Translations under genes and position numbers: made by a program
Notes under the pieces: model-generated
The model's database searches: none
Seen by the model: only the letters and a program-made list of their open reading frames with translations
What the model was told of the DNA's origin: nothing
In this document: piece after piece, positions 1-9,709 of the stretch
Layout of the letters: every line of letters starts with the position of its first letter
Numbering within the stretch: position 1 is the first letter of the stretch
Assembly: GCA_965215335.1 (NCBI GenBank)
Contig: CBDCDA010000002.1
Location: 448,001-512,000 of the forward strand
Source: an uncultured Candidatus Entotheonella sp.
GTDB lineage: Bacteria; Tectomicrobia; Entotheonellia; Entotheonellales; Entotheonellaceae
DNA: 64,000 bases
Direction: 5' to 3'

Positions 1-1240
1 TCACTTCCTCGCCGTCGGCGGCGAACTTCTCCTTGCTGTCGCGATTCCGCACCAATTCGACCGCCACGAGGAGGCCGAGGCCCCGCACGTCGCCGATGGT
101 CGGATGGTGCGCCTGCAGCCCTTGCAGCTGTTCCAGCAGGTAAGCGCCCTGCGTGGCGGCATTTTCCACCAGCCCCTCGCTCTGGATGATGGCAATGTTC
201 TCCAAAGCCGCCGCGCACGCCACCGCCTGGCCGCCGAACGTCAGCAGGTGTGACAGTCTCTTTCCCGCCTCGGTGGTGAAGACCTCCGCCACCCTGGGAC
301 GACAGATCGTCGCGGCGATCGGCGCGTAGCCGCTGCTCAGCCCCTTCGCCAGGGTCATGATGTCGCCCACCAGGTCCCAGTGCTCGGAGGCGAACATTTT
401 GCCGGTGCGCCCGAAGCCGTTGATGACTTCGTCGACGATCAGCAAGACCCCGTGCCGGTCGCAGATGTCACGCAGCCGCGGCAGGTATTCCGGCGGCGGC
501 ACGACAATGCCGCAGGACGCCGACACCGGCTCGGCGATGACCGCGGCAACCGTTTGCGCGCCCTCGTAGTTGATCAGCTGCTCGATGGCGTCCACGCAAT
601 ACACGTCGCAGGCCGGGTAGGTATGGCGGTAGTCGCAACGATAGCAGTACGGCGGTGCCACGTGCAGCGTGCCGTTCATGAACGGGCTGTAATACGGCTC
701 GGAAAGCTGTCGCGTGCCGCTGACGCTCATGGCGCCGTAGGTGGCGCCGTGATACGAGCCGCGCCGCCCGATGATCTTCAGCCGCTTCGGGTGCCCGGCC
801 AGGTATTGATACTGCCTGGCGATCTTCACCGCCGACTCGACCGCCTCGGAACCGCCGCTGCAAAAGAACACCGTCGACAGGTCGCCCGGCGTGATGTCGG
901 CCAGCAGCGTGGCCAGCTGAATGGCGGGAATGGTGGTCGTCTGCATCGAGCTGCCGTAAGCCAGGGTTCCCGCCTGCGCCGCCATCGCCGCGGCGATTTC
1001 CTTGCGGCCGTGCCCGACGTTCACCAGCCACAGGCCCGCCAGCGCGTCGATGTACTCGTTGCCGTCGATGTCCTTGACCATGCACCCCTGCCCTTCGACG
1101 AGAATCCGCTTGTCCGCCTCCCTGGCCAGGGCGCGCCACGACGAGCCGTGCATCCACACGTGCGCTTCCCCGGCCTCGCGCAGCACATCCGTGTCCGCCC
1201 CCTCCGGCAGACCGGCAAAGGCGATGGGAACCGTGGCCAT
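1..1240 (-). CDS. Class-III PLP-dependent aminotransferase (omega-amino acid/polyamine type); 3' end runs off the window
   Basis: Manual translation from ATG 1240 (AGGAG upstream): MATVPIAF...GNEYIDALAGLWLVNVGHGR...FFCSGGSEAVE...SYHGAT...LIVDEVINGFGRTG...DIMTLAKGLSSGY (PLP Lys). Not in the ORF track because there is no stop in the window. Confidence 0.9.
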   Translation of the reverse strand, partial: MATVPIAFAGLPEGADTDVLREAGEAHVWMHGSSWRALAREADKRILVEGQGCMVKDIDGNEYIDALAGLWLVNVGHGRKEIAAAMAAQAGTLAYGSSMQTTTIPAIQLATLLADITPGDLSTVFFCSGGSEAVESAVKIARQYQYLAGHPKRLKIIGRRGSYHGATYGAMSVSGTRQLSEPYYSPFMNGTLHVAPPYCYRCDYRHTYPACDVYCVDAIEQLINYEGAQTVAAVIAEPVSASCGIVVPPPEYLPRLRDICDRHGVLLIVDEVINGFGRTGKMFASEHWDLVGDIMTLAKGLSSGYAPIAATICRPRVAEVFTTEAGKRLSHLLTFGGQAVACAAALENIAIIQSEGLVENAATQGAYLLEQLQGLQAHHPTIGDVRGLGLLVAVELVRNRDSKEKFAADGEEV

Positions 1241-1272
1241 GTCTTCACACTCCTCTCGGGTTCTGGAAGTTC

Positions 1273-1537
1273 TTACACCCCGCCGCTGATGGGCGGGACG
1301 AAGTGGACTTCGCTGTCGGGACGGACGCGCTCGATCAGATCCACGGCGAATTCCCCGTCCACGGCGACGGCAATGTCAGGGCGCAGATCACCATCCTGGA
1401 GGAGACGCTCCTTGAAGCCGGGGAAGCGCTCCTCCAGGGTGTCGAGAATGGCGCGCACCGTCGTACCGGCGATTTGCAATCGTGTCGCCCCGCCGGCGAG
1501 GCTTTCGCAGCATTGCCGGAATGAATACGGTGGCCAT
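1273..1537 (-). pseudogene. MoaD/ThiS-family sulfur carrier with a single-base frameshift
   Basis: N-terminus MATVFIPAMLRK (ATG 1537) is one base out of frame with LAGGATRLQIAGTTVRAILDTLEERFPG...VHFVPPISGGV*. Span is 265 nt (3n+1). May be a sequencing error. Confidence 0.8.
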
Positions 1538-1542
1538 GCGGA

Positions 1543-3834
1543 TTACTCCTGTTCCAACCGGCTCAGGACGTACGTGGGAGACATGGGAAGATTCTTCATG
1601 CGCTTGCCGGTCGCGCGGTAGATGGCATTGGCAAGTGCCGCCGGCGGCGGCACGATGGGCACCTCGCCAACGCCGCGCACGCCATAGGGGTGACCGGGAT
1701 TCGGCACCTCCACGAGCACCGTGTCGATCATCGGCAGGTCCAGCGTCGTCGGCATGCGATAATCCAGGAAGCTGGCGTTCACCATGCCACCGTCCTTGTC
1801 GTACACGAACTCCTCGTTCAGCGCCCAGCCAATGCCCTGCACGGCGCCGCCCTGGATCTGACCCTCGACGTAGCTGGGATGGATGGCCGTGCCCACGTCC
1901 TGGGTCGCCGTGTAGCGCAGGATGGCCACCTTGCCGGTATCCGGGTCCACTTCCACGTCGACCACGTGCGTGGCAAAGGCGCCGCCGACGCCGCGCGGCT
2001 GCGAGGTGGCGCTGCCGGTAATCGGCCCGCCGGTGCGCGGCATCATGTCGGCCATGTCCTTGAAGGTCATGGTCTTGCTGGGGTCCTTGGCGCAACTGAA
2101 CGTCCCGTCGCTGTAGGACACATCGTCAACGCTGATCTGCGCCGCCGAGTCACCCGTCTCCGCTTCCCGGCTCCAGCGCTCGGCGGCGCGCTCGCGCATC
2201 TGGCGGATGACGTCCTGAGCCGCCTCATAGGCGGCGTAGCCGGTGGCAAACGTGGTGCGGCTGCCGCCGGTGACGTCCGTATAGCCCACCCCGTCCGTGC
2301 CGGCAACGGTGGGTTTCACGTCTTCGTATGGGATGCCCAGCGTTTCGGCCGCCTGCATCGCGATGGAAGCGCGCGTGCCGCCGATGTCGGTGGAACCCTC
2401 GACCAGCGACACGGTACCGTCCGAGTTGACGTTGATCACCACCGAGGACTGGAAGCCGACGTTGAACCAGAATCCGGACGCCACGCCGCGCCCGCGGTTG
2501 GGGCCGTCCAGTGGCGACTGGTAATGCTCGTGCTCCAGCGCCGCGTGCACCGTTTCCAGATAGCCGATGCGCGGGTAAGCCGGCCCGTGCACCTGACGGT
2601 CGCCCTCCTTGGCGCCGTTGAGGCGGCGGATCTCCAGCGGGTCCATGCCCAGTTGCTCGGCGATCTCGTCGATAATCGTCTCCGACGCAAAGGCCGCGTT
2701 GGTAGCGCCCGGCGCGCGGTACGCCGCGGTCTTGGGCTTGTTCACCACCACGTCATAGCCGTCCACCGTCATGTTCGGAATGGCGTACGGGGAGAAGATG
2801 CACATGGCACCGGCGGCCACCGGGGAACCCGGAAAGGCGCCCGCCTCGTACATCAAATCAGCTTCGGCAGCGACGATGCGGCCATCCCTGGTGGCGCCCA
2901 TCTTCACCTTGATGTGCGATGCCGGCGTCGGTCCCGTGCCCTCGAATTCCTCGATGCGACTCATGACGATCTTCACCGGGCGGCCCGTTTCGCGCGACAG
3001 CAGGGCGGCCACCGGCTCCAGGTAGATGGAAATTTTTCCCCCAAACCCGCCGCCGATCTCACATGGCGTCACCGATACCTGCGACACCGAAATGCCCAGC
3101 ACCTCAGCCACCTGACGCTGCACCACGAAGGCACCCTGGGTGCTCGTCCAAATGAACAGGTGCCCCTCTTCGTTCCACATGGCCGTGGCGTTGTGCGGCT
3201 CGATGTAGCCCTGGTGCACGGTGGCGGTGTCGAACTCGCGTTCGATCACCACGTCCGCTTCCGCAAAGCCCTCGTCCGGTTCGCCCAGCTTGAACTGGAA
3301 ATGATTGACCACGTTGCTGATCTTGTCCGTTTGCTGACCCAGCTCCGTCGCCTTCAGGTCCTCGTGCAGAATCGACGCGTCGTCCTGCATGGCGTCCAGC
3401 ACGCCCAGGGCCGCCGGCAGCACCTCGTAGTCCACCTCGATCAGCCCCAGGGCCTCTTCGGCGACGTGGACACCAGTGGCGGCCACCGCGGCCACGGCAT
3501 GCCCACGGTACAGCACCTTGCCGTACGCCAGCGCATTGTTGCTCAGATGCTTCACGTTCACCGACATCTCGCCGAGGTTGGCCATGCGGTCCTCGGCCTT
3601 CGGCATGTCGTGCGCCGTCACCACCGCCCGCACGCCCGGCAGGGCCTTGGCCTTGCTGGTATCGATCGACTTGATGCGGGCGTGCGCATGCGGGCTGCGC
3701 AGCACCTTGCCGTGCAACATGCCGGTCAGCCGCATGTCTGCACCGTAAATGGCCCGGCCGGTTACCTTGTCGGCGCCGTCGGGCCGCACCGGACGGGTCC
3801 CGATGACCTTATATGCCGCCGTTGCTTCTGCCAT
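1543..3834 (-). CDS. Xanthine dehydrogenase/aldehyde oxidoreductase family molybdopterin-binding large subunit
   Basis: KVTGRAIY, LRSPHAHARI, GGGFGGK, AYRAPG, VEGQIQGG and GVGE motifs; GGAGG RBS before ATG 3834. The active-site loop is neither CoxL form I nor form II. Confidence 0.92.
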   Translation of the reverse strand: MAEATAAYKVIGTRPVRPDGADKVTGRAIYGADMRLTGMLHGKVLRSPHAHARIKSIDTSKAKALPGVRAVVTAHDMPKAEDRMANLGEMSVNVKHLSNNALAYGKVLYRGHAVAAVAATGVHVAEEALGLIEVDYEVLPAALGVLDAMQDDASILHEDLKATELGQQTDKISNVVNHFQFKLGEPDEGFAEADVVIEREFDTATVHQGYIEPHNATAMWNEEGHLFIWTSTQGAFVVQRQVAEVLGISVSQVSVTPCEIGGGFGGKISIYLEPVAALLSRETGRPVKIVMSRIEEFEGTGPTPASHIKVKMGATRDGRIVAAEADLMYEAGAFPGSPVAAGAMCIFSPYAIPNMTVDGYDVVVNKPKTAAYRAPGATNAAFASETIIDEIAEQLGMDPLEIRRLNGAKEGDRQVHGPAYPRIGYLETVHAALEHEHYQSPLDGPNRGRGVASGFWFNVGFQSSVVINVNSDGTVSLVEGSTDIGGTRASIAMQAAETLGIPYEDVKPTVAGTDGVGYTDVTGGSRTTFATGYAAYEAAQDVIRQMRERAAERWSREAETGDSAAQISVDDVSYSDGTFSCAKDPSKTMTFKDMADMMPRTGGPITGSATSQPRGVGGAFATHVVDVEVDPDTGKVAILRYTATQDVGTAIHPSYVEGQIQGGAVQGIGWALNEEFVYDKDGGMVNASFLDYRMPTTLDLPMIDTVLVEVPNPGHPYGVRGVGEVPIVPPPAALANAIYRATGKRMKNLPMSPTYVLSRLEQE

Positions 3835-3883
3835 AGTGGAAACACCTCCATAGTGGTTATAACGTGTGAAGACGCCCGGGTGG

Positions 3884-4939
3884 TCAGGCGCGCGCCAAGT
3901 CCCCGAAGCGCGTGAAAAGAAAGTGGTCATGATAATAATGGACCAGCAGGCAAGACAGGACAACCATGTAATAGCCCTGCTCGAACGGCAGATTTGAAAG
4001 GATGACGACCATGCCGATGAGCACCAACGCTCCCAGCGTAAAAACGAGGTTCACGCCGTAAAACGCCCCGAACCGTCCCTTGGCGGCGATGGCCTGTAGC
4101 GGTCCTGGTCCGATTTCGCCGCGCTGCCGCCGCAGGGTGGTGATGTACCACGTCAGGGCCAGGTATTGGAAGGAATGCCAGGTGTTGAACCCCTGGAAGG
4201 CGATTTCCAGGCGGTCGCCGCCGTAACTGGTGATCAGGATGGACAGGCCGATGGTCACCGCCATGAGCAGAATTTTGGGGTAGTGCACCCGCCCTTGCCG
4301 GACTTCGATCACCGTCTTTACCACGCAAGCCGCCAGGGCCAAGACGAAGAATGCCGACACGGCGTAGAACACGAGCGGCGTCTTGAGCACCTCGGGATAC
4401 AGCAATCGCGTGCTGCCGATGGTGAACTCGTCGTGAATGAAACGGTAGGACGCCAGAGGGTACAGGCTGCTGAAGACGACCGCGTAATCGATGAACCGCG
4501 ACCATTTTTGCAGCCGTGCCGGCTGCCGGCGGTCGTAGCATTCCAGGATGTAGGCGATCTGGTGCAGCACGTGCACCGACGCCCAGAAGAAGAAAAGCGT
4601 GATCAACAACTGGAAATGCCACAAGGCGCAGGCCACCACCAGCACGGGAATGATCAGTGACGTACCCATCAGCCAGGGATGACGTTGCCGGAAGGATTCG
4701 TCGAGAGCGGTGCGGAAGAACGTCGCGTACATGTGCGGGCCGCCGATGACGCCCGCGATGAACAGATTCACGAACATGGCCGACGTGCCGATGAGTTCGT
4801 ACAGAATCAGGGGGATGACCACCAGCACGCCGCTACCGGTGAGGTAGGCGAGGTCCCAGCCCTGGCTGTGCAGCCAGAGGCCCTGATTCCAGGAAGCCGC
4901 GGCTGCCGTGCCACCCATCGCCGCACTCGGGACGCTCAT
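3884..4939 (-). CDS. Multi-pass membrane protein with four His motifs, putative metal-dependent membrane enzyme
   Basis: Many hydrophobic helices; motifs GGPHMYAT, WASVHVLHQ, WHSFQY, VHYYHDH; AAGGAG RBS before ATG 4939. Confidence 0.7.
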   Translation of the reverse strand: MSVPSAAMGGTAAAASWNQGLWLHSQGWDLAYLTGSGVLVVIPLILYELIGTSAMFVNLFIAGVIGGPHMYATFFRTALDESFRQRHPWLMGTSLIIPVLVVACALWHFQLLITLFFFWASVHVLHQIAYILECYDRRQPARLQKWSRFIDYAVVFSSLYPLASYRFIHDEFTIGSTRLLYPEVLKTPLVFYAVSAFFVLALAACVVKTVIEVRQGRVHYPKILLMAVTIGLSILITSYGGDRLEIAFQGFNTWHSFQYLALTWYITTLRRQRGEIGPGPLQAIAAKGRFGAFYGVNLVFTLGALVLIGMVVILSNLPFEQGYYMVVLSCLLVHYYHDHFLFTRFGDLARA

Positions 4940-5206
4940 GCCGGGCAGACTCCTTTGCGAGATGGTATCTTCACTATCCAATATCCAAACGCCAGCCGTC
5001 ACGACGATTGACAACGCTACCTGGATATAGAGGTAGGCATGAAGCAGGTGTGCCGGGGCAGCAGTTTGGCAAATTCGCCTGTAAAGCACAAGCTCCTGCC
5101 TGCCTTGGCGCTCTGGAAATCTAATTCTAGGGAAGTTCTCGGAAATGCTGTATAGTTGGCCCGTTCATGTACTTGAGAATACTATCCTTGCAGGGGAGTT
5201 CCCTTC

Positions 5207-7243
5207 ATGAGCCTGCTTTCCGTTGCCCCCCCGGCCGGTCAAATTCAGCACGCTGTCGAGACCCGAACGGGGGATATTCGAGGCTTGCACGTCGTGCTTC
5301 TGAAGCCCTCCAAGTATGACGACGACGGCTACGTGCTGCGGCACTGGCGCGGCGTCCTGCCCAGCAACACGATGGCGTGCCTGTATGGCCTCACCGAGGC
5401 CGTCAGGCGCCGCCAGGCGCTGCGAAAAGACCTGGACATCAGCATTGAACTCCTGGACGAGGCCGTCCATAAGATCAACGTCGCCAGGATCGTGCGCCGC
5501 AGCCAGCGGCCCGGTTGGAAAACCGTCATCTGCCTTGCCGGGGTGCAGAGCAACCAGTACCCCCGGGCGATCGACCTGGCCCGCGAGTTCCGCGCCGCCG
5601 GGCTGCCGGTCATCATCGGCGGCTTCCACGTCAGCGGCACCCTGGCCCTGTTCCACAACCCGACGCCCGACATCCAGGAAATCCTGGACCTCGGCGTCAC
5701 CGTCGTCAGCGGCGAAGTGGAAGAACACTGGGAAGGCCTCCTGCGCGACGTGCTGCTCGATGCCTTGAGACCGATCTATAACTACCTTGACCCCACCCCG
5801 GACCTGCACGCCCCACCCATCCCCATGATCAACAAGAAGTACCTGAACCGCTTCGCCCACAAGCAGTTCGGCACCATCGACTGCGGTCGCGGCTGCCCCT
5901 TCAGTTGCAGCTTCTGCTCGATCATCAACGTCCAGGGCCGCAAGATGCGCATGCGCAACCCGGAGTCGATCGCCCAGGCCATCAAGGAGAACTACGAGCG
6001 CTCGCAGATTTCCTTCTACTTCTTCACCGACGACAACTTCGCGCGCAACAAGAAGTGGCGCGAAATCTTCGAGGCCATCATCCGGCTGCGGGAAACGGAC
6101 GGCATCGTCATCGAGTTCATCATGCAGGTGGACGTGCTGTCCTACAAGATCAAGGATTTCGTCTCCCTGGCGCGGCAGGCGGGCTGCACGCAGGTGTTCA
6201 TCGGCATGGAAAGCATCAACGATGACAACCTCCAGGCAGCGGACAAGAACCAGAACAGCTCCTCCGACTACCGCAACCTGATCGACGCCTGGCACGCCGC
6301 CGAGATCACCACCCACGTCGGATTCATCATCGGCTTCCCGTTTGACACCTACGAATCGGTCGTCAAGGACGTCAAGCGCCTGCAAGAAGAAATCCAGGTC
6401 GATCAGGCGTCGTTCTTCATGCTCACGCCGATCCCCGGCTCGATGGACCACTTCAACGCCGTCAAGGCCGGCGTGCCCATCGACTCGGACCTCAACCTGT
6501 ACGATTCCTTCCACCCCACCATGGACCATCCGAACATGTCGCGCGAGCAGTGGTTCCAGGCCTACCGCGACGCCTGGCAGTCGTTCTACAGCTTCGAGAA
6601 CATGCGGGCTATCCTGACCCGCGCCACGCCGCGCATGTACTGGAACGCCTTCAAGAACCTGGTGTGGTACAAGAACGCCGCCATCCTGGAAGGCAACCAC
6701 CCGATGATGACCGGCTTCTTCCGCCTCAAGGGCCGCACGGCGCGGCGCCCGGGCATGGCCATCGACAGCCGCTGGCAGTACTGGCGCTGGCGCGTTCCCG
6801 AGGTGCTGGGCTATCTGAAGGCCACCCTGCACTTCCTGCTGGAGCTGGAAGAGTTGTGGCTGCAGACCCGCAAGCGCAGCGACCGCGAGCAGCGCCTGCT
6901 GGACGCCCTGGCGCAGATTCGTGGCGGCGTGCTCGGCAACGTGCGCATCGCCGACCTGCAGCGCGCCTACGCGCACGCGAAATTACAGGTACCGTCGCGG
7001 TTGCGGCTCGTCCTCAGTGAATACAACATCCTGTCGATCCATCGCATCACCACCCGCAAGGAATTGCGGCAGTTCTGGCAACACACCAAGGAGCAGCTAC
7101 GTACCGGGCGGCTCACCCGAATCCGCCTGCACACGATGGTGCGCAACGTCTGGCGCGAGTTGAAGCTGCATACGAGTTTCGCGATCAGCTTTTCCTTCAA
7201 CCTGATGCCGTCGCGGCCGCGCAACACGATGGTAATGGAGTAG
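5207..7243 (+). CDS. Radical SAM protein with N-terminal cobalamin-binding-like domain
   Basis: RGCPFSCSFC (CxxxCxxC), IIGGFHVSG, FFTDDNF, IGMES, FIIGFPFDT and LTPIPGS motifs; 678 aa. Confidence 0.88.
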   Translation: MSLLSVAPPAGQIQHAVETRTGDIRGLHVVLLKPSKYDDDGYVLRHWRGVLPSNTMACLYGLTEAVRRRQALRKDLDISIELLDEAVHKINVARIVRRSQRPGWKTVICLAGVQSNQYPRAIDLAREFRAAGLPVIIGGFHVSGTLALFHNPTPDIQEILDLGVTVVSGEVEEHWEGLLRDVLLDALRPIYNYLDPTPDLHAPPIPMINKKYLNRFAHKQFGTIDCGRGCPFSCSFCSIINVQGRKMRMRNPESIAQAIKENYERSQISFYFFTDDNFARNKKWREIFEAIIRLRETDGIVIEFIMQVDVLSYKIKDFVSLARQAGCTQVFIGMESINDDNLQAADKNQNSSSDYRNLIDAWHAAEITTHVGFIIGFPFDTYESVVKDVKRLQEEIQVDQASFFMLTPIPGSMDHFNAVKAGVPIDSDLNLYDSFHPTMDHPNMSREQWFQAYRDAWQSFYSFENMRAILTRATPRMYWNAFKNLVWYKNAAILEGNHPMMTGFFRLKGRTARRPGMAIDSRWQYWRWRVPEVLGYLKATLHFLLELEELWLQTRKRSDREQRLLDALAQIRGGVLGNVRIADLQRAYAHAKLQVPSRLRLVLSEYNILSIHRITTRKELRQFWQHTKEQLRTGRLTRIRLHTMVRNVWRELKLHTSFAISFSFNLMPSRPRNTMVME

Positions 7244-7297
7244 GAACACTGTCCCATGGGCATGCTCGCGGGACGTTTTTCATGGAGGGCAGACGTC

Positions 7298-7672
7298 GTG
7301 GCAGAGTTTCAGTTGCATCACATCCATCACGAAGCCGCCGATGTCGACGCCGCGGTGGCGTTCTACGAACAGAATTTTCGGGCGGTGCTGGAAGAGCGCA
7401 CCGTCCGCAACGGTGAACAATGGGCGCGGGTGAGGCTCGGCGGCACGCTGCTCAACATCAGCGACCGCGCCACCACGCAAGTCGGTCTGGAGCGCTATCA
7501 GGGCATCGATCACTTCGCGCTTCACACCAGCGATTTTGCGGGTACGGTCGCCGCCTTGAAGGCCAACGGCGTTCACTTCTTCACCGAGCCCATGTCGCCC
7601 CGGCCGGGCGTGGAGATCGCCTTCATCTCCGGGCCGGACAACGTCAAGATCGAGCTCATGCACCTGAACTGA
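7298..7672 (+). CDS. VOC/glyoxalase family protein
   Basis: LHHIHH...AVAFY...GIDHFAL...IAFISGPDNVKIELM; GGAGG RBS before GTG 7298. Confidence 0.85.
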   Translation: MAEFQLHHIHHEAADVDAAVAFYEQNFRAVLEERTVRNGEQWARVRLGGTLLNISDRATTQVGLERYQGIDHFALHTSDFAGTVAALKANGVHFFTEPMSPRPGVEIAFISGPDNVKIELMHLN

Positions 7673-7693
7673 GGCCATGCGGAGGGCCGCATC

Positions 7694-8362
7694 ATGGACA
7701 CCGACAGCGCCCATCAAGCCCGAGACCGGAAAACAGGAAACGTCTGGCCGCGCCGCCGCCTGCTGCAAGCGGGTTGCGCGGGCGTGCTGGGGTTGACCTT
7801 TCGTGACCCATTGGCCAACGCCATGCACCACGGCGCTGCGCCCGCCAAACCCGACACCGCAGCGCTGGCGCCGACGCCGGAATGCCGCGACGGGGACGAA
7901 CCGACCCCACGCCAGGGCGCCGGACCGTTCTACACGCCGGATTCCCCGCAACGCGCCAGCCTGCTCGAGCCCGGCCTGCCGGGAACCCCCCTGGTGCTGG
8001 TCGGACACGTGCTGCAAACCAACTGCCAGTCCCTCGCCGGCGTCCTGCTGGATTTCTGGCAGGCCGACAACGCGGGACGCTACGACAACCAGGGCTACAC
8101 CCTGCGCGGCCACCAGTTCACCGACGCCAACGGCCGGTATCGCCTGGCGACTATCGTGCCGGGCCTCTATCCCGGCCGTACCCGCCACATCCACGTGCGG
8201 CTGCAGGCGCCCCACACCCGCGCCATCACCACCCAGCTTTACTTCCCCGACGTCCCCCAGAACGAGCGCGATTTCGTCTACGACCCGCGTCTGCTGGTGC
8301 GGCCCCTCGATCCGTCACCGCAGGGGATGCAGGCGCAGTTCGATTTCGTTCTGCGCGCCTGA
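7694..8362 (+). CDS. Intradiol ring-cleavage dioxygenase-like protein with Tat-type signal
   Basis: PRRRLLQAG signal; GPFY, DFWQADNAGRY, LRG and PGLYPGRTRHIH (Tyr/His iron ligands). Confidence 0.85.
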   Translation: MDTDSAHQARDRKTGNVWPRRRLLQAGCAGVLGLTFRDPLANAMHHGAAPAKPDTAALAPTPECRDGDEPTPRQGAGPFYTPDSPQRASLLEPGLPGTPLVLVGHVLQTNCQSLAGVLLDFWQADNAGRYDNQGYTLRGHQFTDANGRYRLATIVPGLYPGRTRHIHVRLQAPHTRAITTQLYFPDVPQNERDFVYDPRLLVRPLDPSPQGMQAQFDFVLRA

Positions 8363-8578
8363 TTCCTGCCGGAGGCGCACCAATTTCCGTGGCGAAGTCA
8401 GAATTGCCCGCTTCATGATGTTCTTGTGCATGAGAGTGATGTTACGCATTAGGGGGAGTGATGAATGGTGACGCCGACCACTCGGCTTGAGGTTTTTTGG
8501 GGCTTGGGGCGGAGTTGTGGTTCCCGCGCATGAACCGTAGCGGATGCAGGCATCCCCTGCGAATCGGATATCTACACC

Positions 8579-8812
8579 ATGAACGCCCATATCGCCATGC
8601 CGCCTGACAGGATCGCCGCCTTCTGCAAACGCTGGCAGGTTGTGGAACTGGCACTCTTCGGTTCCGTGCCGAGGGACGATTTCAGCCCCGAAAGCGACGT
8701 GGATGTACTGGTTCGCTTCGCCCCACAAGCGCGACACACGCTTTTCGACCTGACGCAGTGGAACCCTGACGCAGTGGAACAGTCACCTGTCCCTCGACAG
8801 GTCGTAACCTGA
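8579..8812 (+). pseudogene. Truncated minimal nucleotidyltransferase (MNT-type antitoxin) with no HEPN partner
   Basis: IAAFCKRWQVVELALFGSVPRDDFSPESDVDVLV (GS...DxD motif); similarity is lost after about 60 aa. Confidence 0.7.
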
Positions 8813-8815
8813 CCT

Positions 8816-9709
8816 TTACCTGGCAGCCCTCTCCCCGTCCCACGGTATCCAGAACAGATACAGCCCCAGGTAGGCGAAGAAAAAGTCCTGGTACAGCAGC
8901 AGCGCGTTGCCGACCTGGAACAGGAACAGCAAGGGGATCAGCCACCGCCGCGCGTGGCGCGAGAACAGCGCCGCCGGGGTGCCGAGTTCCACCGCGAGCG
9001 CCATGCCGGCGAGTACCCTGCACAAGCCAGGGCGCACGACCAGCCAATCCGCCAGCAGGTGGCTCCAGGCCGTCGCCCCTTCCGACCGGAACACGTACTG
9101 GTTCTCCAGAAAATAGTTCCGCAGCGTGTCGGACAGCACCCACTCAAGACCCGCCTGCCGCAGTTTGGCCAGCCCCGCCGCCAGAAACACCGTCACGAAG
9201 ACCAGCCGCACCAGTTGCACCGGCCAACGGTACTGGCCGCCGGCCTGCACCACTTTGGCCGTGGCGACCCGGCGGACGAGGGCGTCCAGCGACAGTGCGT
9301 CGCCGCATGGCGCCAGGGCCAGGATGCCCACGACGATGGGAACAATGGCGTGCGCCCAGTGCAGGTAGCCGTAATTGAACTGCAAACCGAGGACGTACAG
9401 GCCGAGCACGAAGGCCGTAAGGATCGCCAGCCGGGTCAGCAGGCCCAGGGCCGCGAGAATGATGCTGATCTCGAACGCCGTGACCAGCCATCCCATGACG
9501 TCCCAGCTCGGCATCGGTAACGACAGCCAAGCGAAGAAACTCCGTGGGTGGTAAAACTCGGACGGGAACAGCGCATACCACCGCAAGTCGGTGCGGGACA
9601 GGTACAGGCTATGGAAGGAAGCAAAGAAGCCGGCACGGCAGAGTCCCAGCGGCCACGGCGCGGCGGGCGCGAACCAGAAGGTGTTCCAGGCCGCGGCGGG
9701 CGCCCTCAT
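8816..9709 (-). CDS. HTTM-domain membrane protein (SdpB/VKGC-like)
   Basis: WNTFWF, ALGLLTR, GDALSLDA, YRWPVQLVR and FLAAGLAKLRQAGLEW motifs; ATG overlaps the upstream stop (ATGA). Confidence 0.75.
   Translation of the reverse strand: MRAPAAAWNTFWFAPAAPWPLGLCRAGFFASFHSLYLSRTDLRWYALFPSEFYHPRSFFAWLSLPMPSWDVMGWLVTAFEISIILAALGLLTRLAILTAFVLGLYVLGLQFNYGYLHWAHAIVPIVVGILALAPCGDALSLDALVRRVATAKVVQAGGQYRWPVQLVRLVFVTVFLAAGLAKLRQAGLEWVLSDTLRNYFLENQYVFRSEGATAWSHLLADWLVVRPGLCRVLAGMALAVELGTPAALFSRHARRWLIPLLFLFQVGNALLLYQDFFFAYLGLYLFWIPWDGERAAR

Noticed and set aside
1543..3834. Aerobic CO dehydrogenase large subunit (coxL)
   Set aside because: The active-site loop is AYRAPG, not AYxCSFR or AYRGAGR, and there is no coxM/coxS.
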